DNA from: Fimbriosthenelais zetlandica
Taxonomy: Eukaryota
Direction of reading: 5' to 3'
DNA: 64,000 nucleotides
Assembly (NCBI GenBank): GCA_977030845.1
Contig: OZ365111.1
Span: forward strand, 45,136,001-45,200,000
The first letter of the stretch is position 1, and every line of letters begins with the position of its first letter. Below the pieces are notes generated by a model, which saw only the letters and a program-made list of their open reading frames with translations, was not told the origin of the DNA and did no database searches. Of the stretch, positions 52,201 to 64,000 are shown one piece after another. A program made the position numbers and the translations under genes.

Positions 52201-53629
52201 TCGATTGAGGATCTATAGGCCTAAACATTTATCTGATAAGCCTTGAGTGCAGCCTATATTTCGGGGGAGGGAAAGGCTTATCCCCGGAAATGACCTATCA
52301 TGAAAATGTATGCATTGGCATCTATAGCTTGTCCGGTCCAGCAGTTATGGCCACGCTTTTCCCATTCCAAGCATTTCCCATGTCATATTCATTAACATTT
52401 TAAGAGATTTTCGGATTGGGGCGGATCTGACAGAACCAGGGTAGGCTACAGTAAGCCTATAGATATAATGATTGTTCCCTCAAAGATTACGCCTATATTT
52501 ATAGTCCAGTAGATTGGTGCATAAATTGTTCAAATTTGGAGGAAATCATGAAATTTGGTACAGTTATAGATTTGGGTATTCTGATTAAAATTGGATATAG
52601 ACCCATTCTGAAAAAACATTTCCTTGGATACTGTTGCCATGGAAACATTTTTCCATTGAAAAATCGCCCTTTCATATGAAACCTGGTTTCTACCTAAATT
52701 CTTTTCAATATTTTGGCATATAAAACATTCCATCCAAGAGTTCTCGAATGTGGGTAACTATTTCTGGCAATATTCCGGTTGCTAGGCAATGAATGGTTGC
52801 TTAGCAACAAGGAAAATAGCAGAAATTGCTATAAAATATGGTATTTTATGCAATCAGTTGGTCCATTATATCATTTTTTCTAAAATAAAATAACATTTTT
52901 GTAAATAATAGTAATTAAGGTGACTTATTCTAGCTTTTCGAACAGTAAAAGATGGTTACCATACTGTTTTCATATCCAAAATAGCTCATCAGCTGCGGCT
53001 CATTGCTTTATTTTCTTGACCTTTGTCTATGGCTAGCTTTTGCCAAGTATCAGTCTAATATTTAAATATTGGTATGTTTCAATTGTCAGAAAAGCATGAA
53101 ATTTGGTACAAATAGACATTTTGATATTTTGAATCGATCTAGAGGTAGACCCATTGTGAAAAAATATTTCCTTAGATACTGTTGCCATGGAAACATATTT
53201 TTAGCAGGTTATTAGCCATTTCAGCAAAGTATTTCCAAGTTTTTACCTAAGAATTAACAGATATTTTATATCTGAGGTTTTCCGTGCATGACTTTTTGGA
53301 TATAGGTAAAATGTTGGCAATTTCCTGGTTGCTAGGCAAAGAATGGTTGCTTAGTAACCAAAAATATACAAAAATTACCATGAAATAAAATGTTTTATGT
53401 TAGTTTTCTGGGTCAAAGCCACGTTTTATATCAAATAAAATAGCTTTTTTTCAAAATAGTGGTTATTTCAGTAAGCTACTCTAGCTTTTAGAGTAAAAAT
53501 AATGACTCCCATATAGATTTGATATCCAAAATAGCTCATCATTACTTAGTTACCTTTACCTTTATTTGTGGGCACCTATCATCCCAACATATCCGTACAT
53601 ATTATTATTATATATTTTAAACTATAAGT

Positions 53630-54090
53630 ATGTTTCAATTGTCACAAACGCGTGAAATTTGGCGCAAAGATATTTTTGGGCATTCTGAATACATTTAGAT
53701 GTAGACCCATTCTGTAAAATTGTTACCTTGGATACTGTTGCTATGGAGACATTTCTCAGTGACTTTTTAAAAAAAATGGGTTGCTACTTCTTATGTTCCA
53801 ATTGTCACAAAGGCATGAAATTTGGCGCAAAGATACATTTTAGTACTTTGAATAAATTTAGTTGTAGACCCATTCTATTAAAATCTTACCTTGGATACTG
53901 TTGCTATGGAGACATTTCTCAGTGACTTTTTAAAACAAATGGGTTGCTACTTCTTATGTTCCAATTGTCACAAAGGCATGAAATTTGGCGCAAAGATACA
54001 TTTTAGTACTTTGAATAAATTTAGTTGTAGACCCATTCTATTAAAATCTTACCTTGGATACTGTTGCTATGGAAACATTCCTCAGTGACC
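53630..54090. repeat. 163-bp tandem repeat (~2.8 units) inside the left arm
   Basis: Near-identical blocks starting 53728 and 53891 (identical-length ORFs in the track) and a partial third; only one unit in the right arm. Confidence 0.85.
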
Positions 54091-54362
54091 TGACAACCCT
54101 TTCACAGAAAAATGGGTTGATGCTTCATATTTTGACAATAAAATCTCATATATAATGCATTCCATGCAAGAGGTCTTGAAATAATTCTAACAATTTCTTG
54201 GTTGCTAGGCAATGAATGGTTGCTTAGGACCTAATAGCGCAGTGAAAATGGGTCTACACTCGACAAGATGATCAAAGGAGCATATAACCAAAGATGGTTG
54301 AGAATACCATCTTTGATATAGCGAGGATGGGCCCAATCGCCAGGCCCATATATGATTTGAAA

Positions 54363-54488
54363 CGTGAGCAGGGACCCAAACATGGTTTGATCAATGGTAT
54401 AAAGGGACCCAATTGCGCAGTGAATAGGGACCCATACACGGTTTGATGACATAAAGGGGCCCAAAAGCACAGTGATTTGGGACCCATA
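54363..54488. repeat. Left remnant (~2.5 degenerate units) of the 52-bp minisatellite
   Basis: GGGACCCATACACGGTTTGATGACATAAAGGGGCCCAAAAGCACAGTGA, in the same orientation as the main array. Confidence 0.8.
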
Positions 54489-56967
54489 CACTGTAACACC
54501 GAGGAGTGCCCAATCTGAGATCAACCGCTATGAATCGGTTTAATTAAAATACTCAGATTATCAAACATAGTTTTTTAATGACGCAGCTGTGAATCGGAGT
54601 GATAACAGCCTCCACAAATAATCGGCGATTGACAGGCTATCAGGGGGGTCGCAGAGTATGTGCAGCGCGTTTCATACCTCCCACCACAGTCACCCATCAC
54701 CTTGGTGACCGCCCAGTCTTAAGACTCTTACATCATCTTCACTGACCTTAATCCCATAGTGGTATATGTACTAAGCAGAAAACTCTGCCAGTTGGTCTGT
54801 GGCATTCAAACCATGAGGACCTCTTAAAATTGGTGAAGGGGTATTGGACACAGAAAGCCTGACTTTGGATGATTTAAACAACAGGTAAAGTATTTACATT
54901 AATCTAATTCCTTAGTCTATTAAGATCTATTGAATTATAAGTTTTTATCTACATACCCGAATATCAAAGGGGATTATTATTTGCAATTATACAAAAAAAT
55001 ATTAAACCTATTTAATTCCATATATGTTTTCATTTGTTGCAGACCAATTAACTCATACAGTCATGTAGTTCCTATCAGTTAGACTTTTGGTGGATTCAAA
55101 CATGTTGGTAGGTAAATTCCTTTCTTTTGCTTGAAATGTACTTTTTACAATATATATTTAATCTAAGGGAATTGTTAAGATCTCAAGATTTCAATAAAGC
55201 TGTATGACCAATACTACTTCCCATTTGTTTCAGATTCCAAAGAGAAGAGGATTGACCGAATGGTAGCTTTCACACACGTCATCATGATAATGGACAAGGT
55301 AGTGTTTGCACTGACTCCCTCATAATAGGCATAATACATGTAGATAGATTATATTTTACACACGGTCCGGGATATTTCAACATGCTAAATCCAATGGTGA
55401 CATTGTTAAAACCTATCAAACTATGACACACCGTACATCAAATTAATACTGATTGTATGCTCTTTCTAATGATATATGCACCTTGTCTGTTTAATACACG
55501 CGTCTAGGTGTAAAAAGCACTTCAAAAATGGACATGTGTCAGCGTCTTTTTGGTCGGGGCGCGGCACCTCAAGCTTCCTAACTGGTCTAAGAATTTCACC
55601 AACAACGGTCTCTTTTTTAGAAGATGCCAGGTATTAAAACCTATCGAACTATCATGTACCATACATCAAATTAAAGCTAAATGTATGCTCTTGCTAATGA
55701 TATATGCACCTTATCGTCCTGATACATCCATCTTGAGGTAAAAAGCATTTCATTTTTCCAGTCGGGTGTAGATAATTATGTTTGTTTTGATCGGAGAAAT
55801 TTCGTGCTTATACCGGAATGAAGCTAAAGATGTCCCCTGATTGGTTGTAATTGTTGCTAAAGGTAGAGGAAGCTATCGGCAAATGTGTGAACGTAACACC
55901 ATGTCTGAGCGCGGAGCGGCCATGGTGCGAGGGACAGGAAAATCACTGTACTTTTTAATTCTCATTATTAAGATGTAAATAATTTTAATAACCTCGTGTT
56001 TATATATTGTAACTGCAGGGAATTATGGTGACTGGACAAGTGATAACTAGGACAAAGGGACTGACTGAAGCCTCAGTCTACAGCAGCCGTCAGGGAGAGA
56101 ACAATGGGGGTGAGAAAGCCCTGGACAATAGACCCAATACAATGGAGGTAAGCTTAATAGCTTATTATAAAGGTAGAAACTGTCTGGATTAAATCATTCA
56201 TAGATAGTCAAACAAATTAATATCACTTCATAATTAAAGAATTTCTAGCGAGGACTGCTGCTTGAAAATGATAAACTTAATTTGAACTATCTGACAATTA
56301 CTCTGAATATTAGAGGGATATTAACTAACACTGATATTCTTTAAAGTATACTACTGTATTTTCTTGCAGGAAAAGAATCAAAACTCTGGACATTGGAAAC
56401 ATGCAGAAAATATATCATGAAAATGATGCTGAGAAAAAGTGATCAATATGATGAAAAGATGAAAATGATGTTGCAAATTAGATGATACTTCATAGTCCAT
56501 ATGAAGTATATGTGAAACGAAAATGAAATAAAATGACTTCTGGGGGGGAGGAGCCAGGGAATGGGTGGCATGCAAATTTAAGAATAAGCATTTAAAATTA
56601 GGATTAAGTGAACCCCACTAGCCCCTGCCCCCCCCCCCCCCCCCCCATCCCACCCCACCCGCCCCATGCACAAGCTTATGGTTGGAGCCGCAGTTAAACG
56701 GCGCGACGCAGCAATGACTCAGTGGGGTGTTATCGCGTGTGGGGGAGACCCGGGCGTGCGCGGCTATACTCCTGGCTATACAATGCTTAGCACCTGCATA
56801 TTGATGCGTCGCACCGCAGCCGCACGGCGCAAAAGGGTCCTGCGCGTTTCGCGCGCTCCGAGTACCGCGCTGCGATACAATGTATCATAATCGGAGAGTT
56901 ATTTACCCCTGCTGCCGGGAACGCGCAGTGCATGAGACTGCTAGAGCATGTAGCGGGCGTTACAGTG
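54489..56967 (+). mobile_element. Nested CACTG-ended (EnSpm/CACTA-like) element with decayed spliced transcript
   Basis: Ends CACTGTAAC (54489-54497) and GTTACAGTG (56959-56967), each flanked by TA; it interrupts the 52-bp minisatellite. Internal GT-AG exon-like blocks at 54760-54884, 55043-55111, 55234-55298, 56019-56147 and 56370 onward, with in-frame stops. Confidence 0.6.
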
Positions 56968-56974
56968 TACATGT

Positions 56975-57625
56975 ATGGTTTCATGACATAAAGGGGCCCA
57001 ATAGCACAATGAGCAGGGACCCATACATGGTTTCATGACATAAAGGGGCCCAGTAGCACAGTGAGCAGGGACCCATACACGGTTTGATGACATAAAGGGG
57101 CCCAAAAGCACAGTGAGTAGGGACCCATACACGGTTTGATGACATAAAGGGGCCCAGTAGCACAGTGAGCAGGGACCCATACACGGTTTGATGACATAAA
57201 GGGGCCCAAAAGCACAGTGAGCAGGGACCCATACACGGTTTGATGACATAAAGGGGCCCAAAAGCACAGTGAGTAGGGACCCATACACGGTTTGATGACA
57301 TAAAGGGGCCCAGTAGCACAGTGAGCAGGGACCCATACATGGTTTGATGACATAAAGGGGCCCAAAAGCACAGTGAGTAGGGACCCATACACGGTTTGAT
57401 GACATAAAGGGGCCCAAAAGCACAGTGAGTAGGGACCCATACACGGTTTGATGACATAAAGGGGCCCAAAAGCACAGTGATTTGGGACCCATACACGGTT
57501 TGATGACATAAAGGGGACCAATAGCACAGTGAGCAGGGACCCATACATGGTTTGTGACATAAAGGGACCCAATAGCACAGTGAGTAGGGACCCATACACG
57601 GTTTGATGACATAAAGGGGCCCAAA
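56975..57625. repeat. 52-bp minisatellite, ~12.4 copies
   Basis: Unit ATGACATAAAGGGGCCCAAAAGCACAGTGAGCAGGGACCCATACACGGTTTG starting at 56983, 57035, 57087 and onward; explains the three repetitive minus-strand ORFs. Confidence 0.95.
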
Positions 57626-59939
57626 TAATATTTTTTGCTACGAATGCTACCCTACCTCATTACCATAAGCCCCCCCCCCCCGCCCCCCACCTGCCCGCCT
57701 CACCCCGCATAGGAGATTACAGCTAGTGTAGTTCACAACTGATGACCAAGTTCCACAAGCCCAATTTTAGATGTGAAAAGCATAGTCAATTACATTGATT
57801 CACACTTTTGGGTGTGTGAATGACTAGTTAAATAGTTAATAGTTTCTAATACATATTAATTATATGTACCGACATGCTGGCAAAAGCTGCCCTTGAACCC
57901 AGGTCATGATAAGGAGTAATGAGCCTAGCTGATTTATCAAACCAAAATGGCCAATATCAAAACCAATATAATCTTTTTTGTTCTAAAACCTAGATTATAA
58001 GAATGAAATATTATTTGGAAAAGTCTATTTTACCTGATAAAATGTAGTATTGGCCTAGTAAACTGCTATGAAACATCATAATTATGAAACAGCAAATATT
58101 TTTCCAGGTTATTTAGCAACCATTTATTGCCTAGCAACCATGCATTGCCACAATCAATTACCTACATGTAAGAACCCCTGCATGTAAAGCATAAACGGAA
58201 CAATGTTAAAAGCTAGGTAGAAACTACGTGTATATGGGCAAAATGTGAATTAGAAACCCATTTTTCTGTGAAGGGTTGTCAGGTCACTGAGAAATGTTGC
58301 CATAGCAACAGTATCCAAGGTAACGATTTTACAGAATGGGTCTACAACTATATTTATTCAAAATAACAAATTGTATCTTTGCGCCAAATTTCATGCCTTT
58401 GTGACAATTGAAACATAATAATAGTTTCTGATATATATTAAATATGTACCGATATGCTGGGACGATAGGTGCCCAAGAACTAACCACGAACAAAGGTAAA
58501 GGTAACTAAGTAATGATGAGCTATTTTGGATATTAAATCTATATGGGAGTCATTATTTTTACTCTAAAAGCTAGAGTAGCTTACTGAAATAACCACTATT
58601 TTGAAAAAAAGCTATTTTATTTGATATAAAACGTGGTTTTGACCCAGAAAACTAACATAAAACATTTTATTTCATGGTAATTTTTGTATATTTTTGGTTA
58701 CTAAGCAACCATTCTTTGCCTAGCAACCAGGAAATTGCCAACATTTTACCTATATCCAAAAAGTCATGCACGGAAAACCTCAGATATAAAATATCTGTTA
58801 ATTCTTAGGTAAAAACTTGGAAATACTTTGCTGAAATGGCTAATAACCTGCTAAAAATATGTTTCCATGGCAACAGTATCTAAGGAAATATTTTTTCACA
58901 ATGGGTCTACCTCTAGATCGATTAAAAATATCAAAATGTCTATTTGTACCAAATTTCATGCTTTTCTGACAATTGAAACATACCAATATTTAAATATTAT
59001 ACTGATACTTGGCAAAAGCTAGCCATAGACAAAGGTCAAGAAAATAAAGCAATGAGCCGCAGCTGATGAGCTATTTTGGATATGAAAACAGTATGGTAAC
59101 CATCTTTTACTGTTCGAAAAGCTAGAATAAGTCACCTTAATTACTATTATTGACAAAAATGTTATTTTATTTTAGAAAAAATGATATAATGGACCAACTG
59201 ATTGCATAAAATACCATATTTTATAGCAATTTCTGCGATTTTCCTTGTTGCTAAGCAACCATTCATTGCCTAGCAACCGGAATATTGCCAGAAATAGTTA
59301 CCCACATTCGAGAACTCTTGGATGGAATGTTTTATATGCCAAAATATTGAAAAGAATTTAGGTAGAAACCAAGCTTTCTCTGAAAGGAACGAAAGAATGT
59401 TTCCATGGCAACAGTATCCAAGGAAATGTTTTTTCAGAATGGGTCTATATCCAATTTTAATCAGAATACCCAAATCTATAACTGTACCAAATTTCATGAT
59501 TTCCTCCCAATTTGAACAATTCTGCCCTATTTTTGCACCAATCTACTGGACTATTAAGCTGTATAGAAATAGTTCTATGGTTGTAGCAATTGTTTGTAAG
59601 AGGGGATATGCTCCCGCTATCTTATTTCCTATAATTAAATCTTTAGAGGAAAAATAAGCAGATTCTCATTGTCATTAGCAGCTTGAATGAGAGCCATATA
59701 TTAGAGGATGAATCACCCTTATCACCTCTAGCTCTCGGTTACGACCACATCGGCTCCGCCCAAGAATTCAGCAGATAGCGTTCCTCTAATTCCCCTTCTT
59801 TGGATTTTCAGGATCGATGGGGAGAATTGAGTTTTTATCTTGCCAACTCTACTGGTCAGTATGTTAAAGGGTTCGCCCTGATGATCTTTATCTTTGAAGA
59901 CAAAGTGGATCAGGCTTCTGACAGAGAGGGTGAAGTGGG

Positions 59940-60500
59940 AGAAGGAGGGGGAGGATGACCGGGCCGGCCGCCATGTGGTCGCGCCGCAGACGCTGGAGGG
60001 AACGCCGTCAAAATATTTTGGACGCGGCCGCTCCTCTCCCTGGCGCGACACCGGGGCACCGTGCACATTTCCCGCGAAACCGTTCAACAAAGGATGGGAA
60101 GTTTTCTTTGCGCGTCACTCAAAGTTTTTATATTGTTTATATAAATGTTGGCATTAGAAATTAATATAGGCTATGCATCCACAGATTAATAAAATTATAA
60201 GCCCCGAATCTCAAAGCCATAGGCCTAAGTTTTGGAGTACGGGCCTCAGCCTTTTGAACGGTATATATGCCTACCACTGCCACAGGCTGACATTTAGCAT
60301 TTCGTAGGTTTTATAGCCTAACAAAATTTGTAGTGAATATACATGTACCAATAAACAAGCAAAACATTGAATGTTTGACTGACTTGAGGCCTGTTAGTAG
60401 GCCCTATATGGTTTACATTAAATTATGTGGAAAAAAATTAACCCCAATCATAAGACGAAGTACAAACAAGATGGCGTCTGAAATCCGCATGCGTGAGCAG
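59940..60500. promoter_or_regulatory. CpG-rich promoter-like island with YY1-, E2F- and NRF1-like motifs
   Basis: Dense CpG at 59950-60115 (GCCGCCATGT, TTTCCCGCG); CAAGATGGCG at 60467-60476, followed by CGCATGCG. The associated gene is not identified. Confidence 0.4.
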
Positions 60501-63237
60501 TTCTTTATTGTAATTGAAGGTTTGTATATACATTGATGTAACCAGAGTTGGACAAGGCCATTGAGTAGAGAAAAGCCACTGTTTCCACGTCTGACATTTA
60601 GATGCATGAACTTGCATCAGATATTTTGTAAATGTCGTCTGCTATCAAAACGTGCAACAATCTGATGGTTTCCACGGGATGTCCATAAGGTGACATTCCC
60701 CCGGTTCTTCTCTCAGTCGTGAAATTTCACAGATCCCTGTCCCGCCCGGTAATTAATGCCACTATTAGACGTGCTGGACAAGAAGTCTGATTACCGAAAC
60801 ATAATCTAGCAATGACAGATGAAACCCATGCCATGTTACTGTTGCTATGTTCCGTGCACTTAATGTGCTGTTATGGTAACCGGATCCCTTGCGTTCAGCC
60901 TGGCGCCCGCAACAACTAAGTGGGTTCGCATATGAATCCTAATGTTTTTGCCACAATGACAAGGAAATGCCATTACAGGCACGCAACCGTACTTTCTTTA
61001 CCACATTCATTAATCATAGCCAGGACTTAAAAACGTCAGTAATTTTTGCATTACTTAGAAGAGGATATTCATTTTCCTTGTAAATACGATCGAGAAGAAA
61101 AGATTCTGATTCGAACAATGGAATCCATTCTTCCCTGATTCTTTTCCTCGTGCACAGACGCGCATTTCTTTCTGGAATTCTGTCTGCTTGCCTTAATATC
61201 ATGTGTATGCTTCAAAGGTCCAAATACATTTTTGGAATATTACAAATTGAAAATAATAGCATTTTATATGAAAAGTTTAATCGTTTTGGGACCTTGTTTT
61301 ATAAGCGTTTTATTCTACTGTCCGACACAAGGTGGCCTAACCAGATGTCATGATAAGTCAGTTTTCAGAGCTCTGCTCCATGAGCTGCTCATAGGCCGAA
61401 TTATCATAACATCATTGGTACTCGATCAGAATTTTATTTAATCATTTCTGTATCCGTGCCCAATTATTCACACGTTGGTGCCTTTTGCTCTCACACTCGC
61501 CTCTCAATTTACTTTAGCAAGGGTTATGGGTTATGATATTACACATATAGTGGTCTACCGAAATCCAAGAGAGAGTAGCAATCTTGGCTGAAATCACAAG
61601 GATGGGACAATTTAATTTCAGAAATTTTGAAAAATTAAAATTCTGATGACTGTGAGTCCCAATCCTCAGTGTATAAACAGTGTTCCATTTCAATCCCTAA
61701 GTCCTTTATATATCAACCCCTACCCCATTCATTTTATTATTTTTGTTCGAGTTATCTTAATGCTATGTAATTTGTAGCATTAATTTGATAGTGTTGCTAA
61801 TCTATGGCTCCTAGTGGCTGTCTTCTTTCGACAGCTTTTTGAGGAGGTAGATTTTATTGGTATAATGTGTACGTCCATCGGCTTGAGGGTTGTAATGATA
61901 GTGGAGCTATCTCAACAATATATTTAGTCAAGGAGAGGTGGGTAAATTACGATAAACATCCGGAATTATAGTGGCTTGCTGACATGAATGATATGCAAAT
62001 AACAACACTTTGGACATTATTCGATCAAATGATACTGAAAAATATTAATCATTTAGTATAAATTTATGACAAATTCTAAATATATTTATCCAGAAAGATT
62101 GAGGCATACATGTACATTATACGCCAATATATTTGAGTTAAAATAAACTTTATTTAGTTTTAAATCAAGACTTACTGCTTTGATATAAATTTATCCTGGA
62201 ATTGTCGGTTGTTGGATCATATCTCTAGTTAATTCAATTCAAAACTGTAACAACAAAGATCAAGCGTGGTAAGTACCTACATGTACATTTTGTATGTGTA
62301 TAATTTTATGCATGACTTATTGATGGCTAATAATATACCCATGTGCTCGACCGCGCATACCAGGTACTATTTTAGGTACAGTTTTTGATTGTTGTCTTAT
62401 TGCGAACAAGTTACACAGACCAGTCAGGTCAACGTCCATGCATTGGACACAATCAGACACAGTCCGACTCTATACAATGTATAAGGATTTACGTATACAC
62501 CACGACGCATTTCTTCACCTTTACATGGGATTGGATATTCACTTTCTTCCAACTTAGTATATATAGGTAGGCTGAATTTTCATTTATTTCGCGTTATCCT
62601 ATTCCATAATTATATAGGCTATATAAATATTGACGATTCATTCATATGTTGGTATATATGTGTATACCATGCACTGGTTTGGTAGCCTACACAGCATAAC
62701 AGGTTCTCCCCAAAAAAATGCTCCCTCCCCCAACCCCTATACAGGTCATTCACTTGTTTGATATGGAAATGTCGAAAGTTCCTAATGTTAGCAAATTAAC
62801 AAGTAAGCACCATTCTTCTCACAAGTCTTTCGCCCGGTCGTTCTAAGAAGCGCACTGAAGAAGGAGATTTTTGGTTCACTTTTGTGTTTTCTACCATCGG
62901 TTGATTTCTCGCGCCAATAAACAGCCAGCTTGATATATCGTCAGAAAGAGAAATAAAATTTATTACTGCGTTTACAGATTTGATTTTGGAGCGTTGACGT
63001 TGCGCGTCCAAGTAGTCTGTGATTGCGGCCATTAGTGCGATCCGTTGACGGGTGGGGGAGCTTTGAAGTTGGCATGGCTCGATGGTCGGCAGATTTTCCT
63101 CATTATTGGTCTGTTTGAATCGGAGGATCGCGATATCAAAGTCGTGTATGAAGCGTCCGCTCCGGCTATCCGAGGCCCTCCGTTCCTTCTAAGTTTGTGG
63201 AACAGAAGCAAATGTTCCACGGTATAGAGGCGCCGAC

Positions 63238-63288
63238 ATGCCCGAGCCGATGACAGACTGTGAAATCCTAATCCCAAATGAAGTACAT
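63238..63288 (+). CDS. Possible first coding exon (MPEPMTDCEILIPNEVH) of a gene continuing beyond the window
   Basis: GCCGACATG context, phase-0 donor CAT|gtaagt at 63289, upstream acceptor tttacag| at 62977 and CpG-rich leader. No homology recognised. Confidence 0.25.
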
Positions 63289-64000
63289 GTAAGTCTGCAT
63301 GTTGGTATACACCTCTCCTCTCATCCGTGAATCTGACATTGTCAGATGTCCTGTACATTTTTTGTGTTTTTCTTTCTTCTTTGAAGACACTGTAATTTGT
63401 TCCTCACATCCTTGTAGATGGCTTCTATTATCGTATTATGGCAGAGATTACACTTGTGTACACATGTATGAGGGACTTGAATTTTTCTTAGGTCCTTAAG
63501 CCTGGTTACATATCGGCCGATATAATGCCGAAAAACTTTGAAATTATGGCTTCAAAAAAGAAATTTAAATATGTATTCAGCAATTCAATATTCCTACAAT
63601 ATCAAATGCATAACCCTTAGTTGCCCCTTCATTTGTTAATTCCACACATACAAATGTAATGATGATATCGTTTCAAGCACTATAAATGTTTAAGCTACCC
63701 TGGACCCCCACCCACCCACAGCTAACTATACCCAATGTCAAGATCCATGATCTAATCCATCTTTACTAAATTTCACACGAATATTTGAAGACGTTTATCT
63801 CACCCGATGTTAAAGGAACCCTGGATTCCACCCTCTCGTTTCCTCCCCGTTTTCGCCCACCTCCTACCCCTCAACACTCCCACATAACACAACCCCTCTT
63901 GCCCCACTCCCACACCACAAACCCTCCCTGTTATACACGATTGTCTCTCCTTAATAAACATCATTTTTTATGATGACACAGATAGTTAAATAGAGATACT

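Larger units (their letters stand above)
52502..59553. mobile_element. 7.05-kb foldback-like element with long near-identical inverted arms (left ~52502-54120, right ~58255-59553)
   Basis: The left arm start TAGTCCAGTAGATTGGTGC is the reverse complement of the right end GCACCAATCTACTGGACTA. The arms align with few differences over ~1.3 kb (the ORF track shows the same peptide at 52530-52733(-) and 59322-59657(+)). TTA lies directly before (52499-52501) and after (59554-59556). Confidence 0.8.

Noticed and set aside
56941-57624. Three long Cys/Pro-rich repetitive ORFs
   Set aside because: Translation of a 52-bp minisatellite whose minus strand lacks stops in all frames.
56975-57625. CRISPR-like array
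   Set aside because: Units are contiguous near-identical tandem repeats with no unique spacers; eukaryotic context and no cas genes.
52530-59657. Short ORFs in the inverted arms (MECFICQNIEK…, MDTVAMETF…)
   Set aside because: By-products of the repeated arm sequence, not a transposase.
59728-60090. 120-aa minus-strand ORF in the CpG island
   Set aside because: TTG start, no splice structure or homology; expected in GC-rich DNA.
62796-63358. Two adjacent minus-strand ORFs (78 and 108 aa)
   Set aside because: No recognisable domains; consistent with chance ORFs in a GC-richer leader.

Overview
AT-rich, intron-rich animal genomic DNA, probably from a marine invertebrate (clade not determinable here), with one assembly gap at 1295-1451. 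Five conserved spliced genes were rebuilt by hand with GT-AG junctions and consistent phases: myosin XIX (MYO19, +, 20 exons found, start exon not located), MORN3 (+, with two alternative first coding exons), a WWE-WWE-RING-DTC Deltex E3 ligase (-), CCDC92 (+) and a compact CENPV/GFA protein (-). An unrecognised ~650-aa single-exon ORF (-) carries three copies of an unfamiliar ~35-aa repeat, a KRVHF PP1-docking motif and a CCCIS CaaX end. The right part holds a 7.05-kb nested repeat structure (52502-59553). It has young, near-identical inverted arms of ~1.3-1.6 kb full of RFX X-box-like palindromes. The arms enclose a 52-bp minisatellite that is split by a CACTG...CAGTG element containing a decayed spliced transcript. 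A tRNA-derived SINE sits in a MYO19 intron. All calls were made by eye; no database searches were run.
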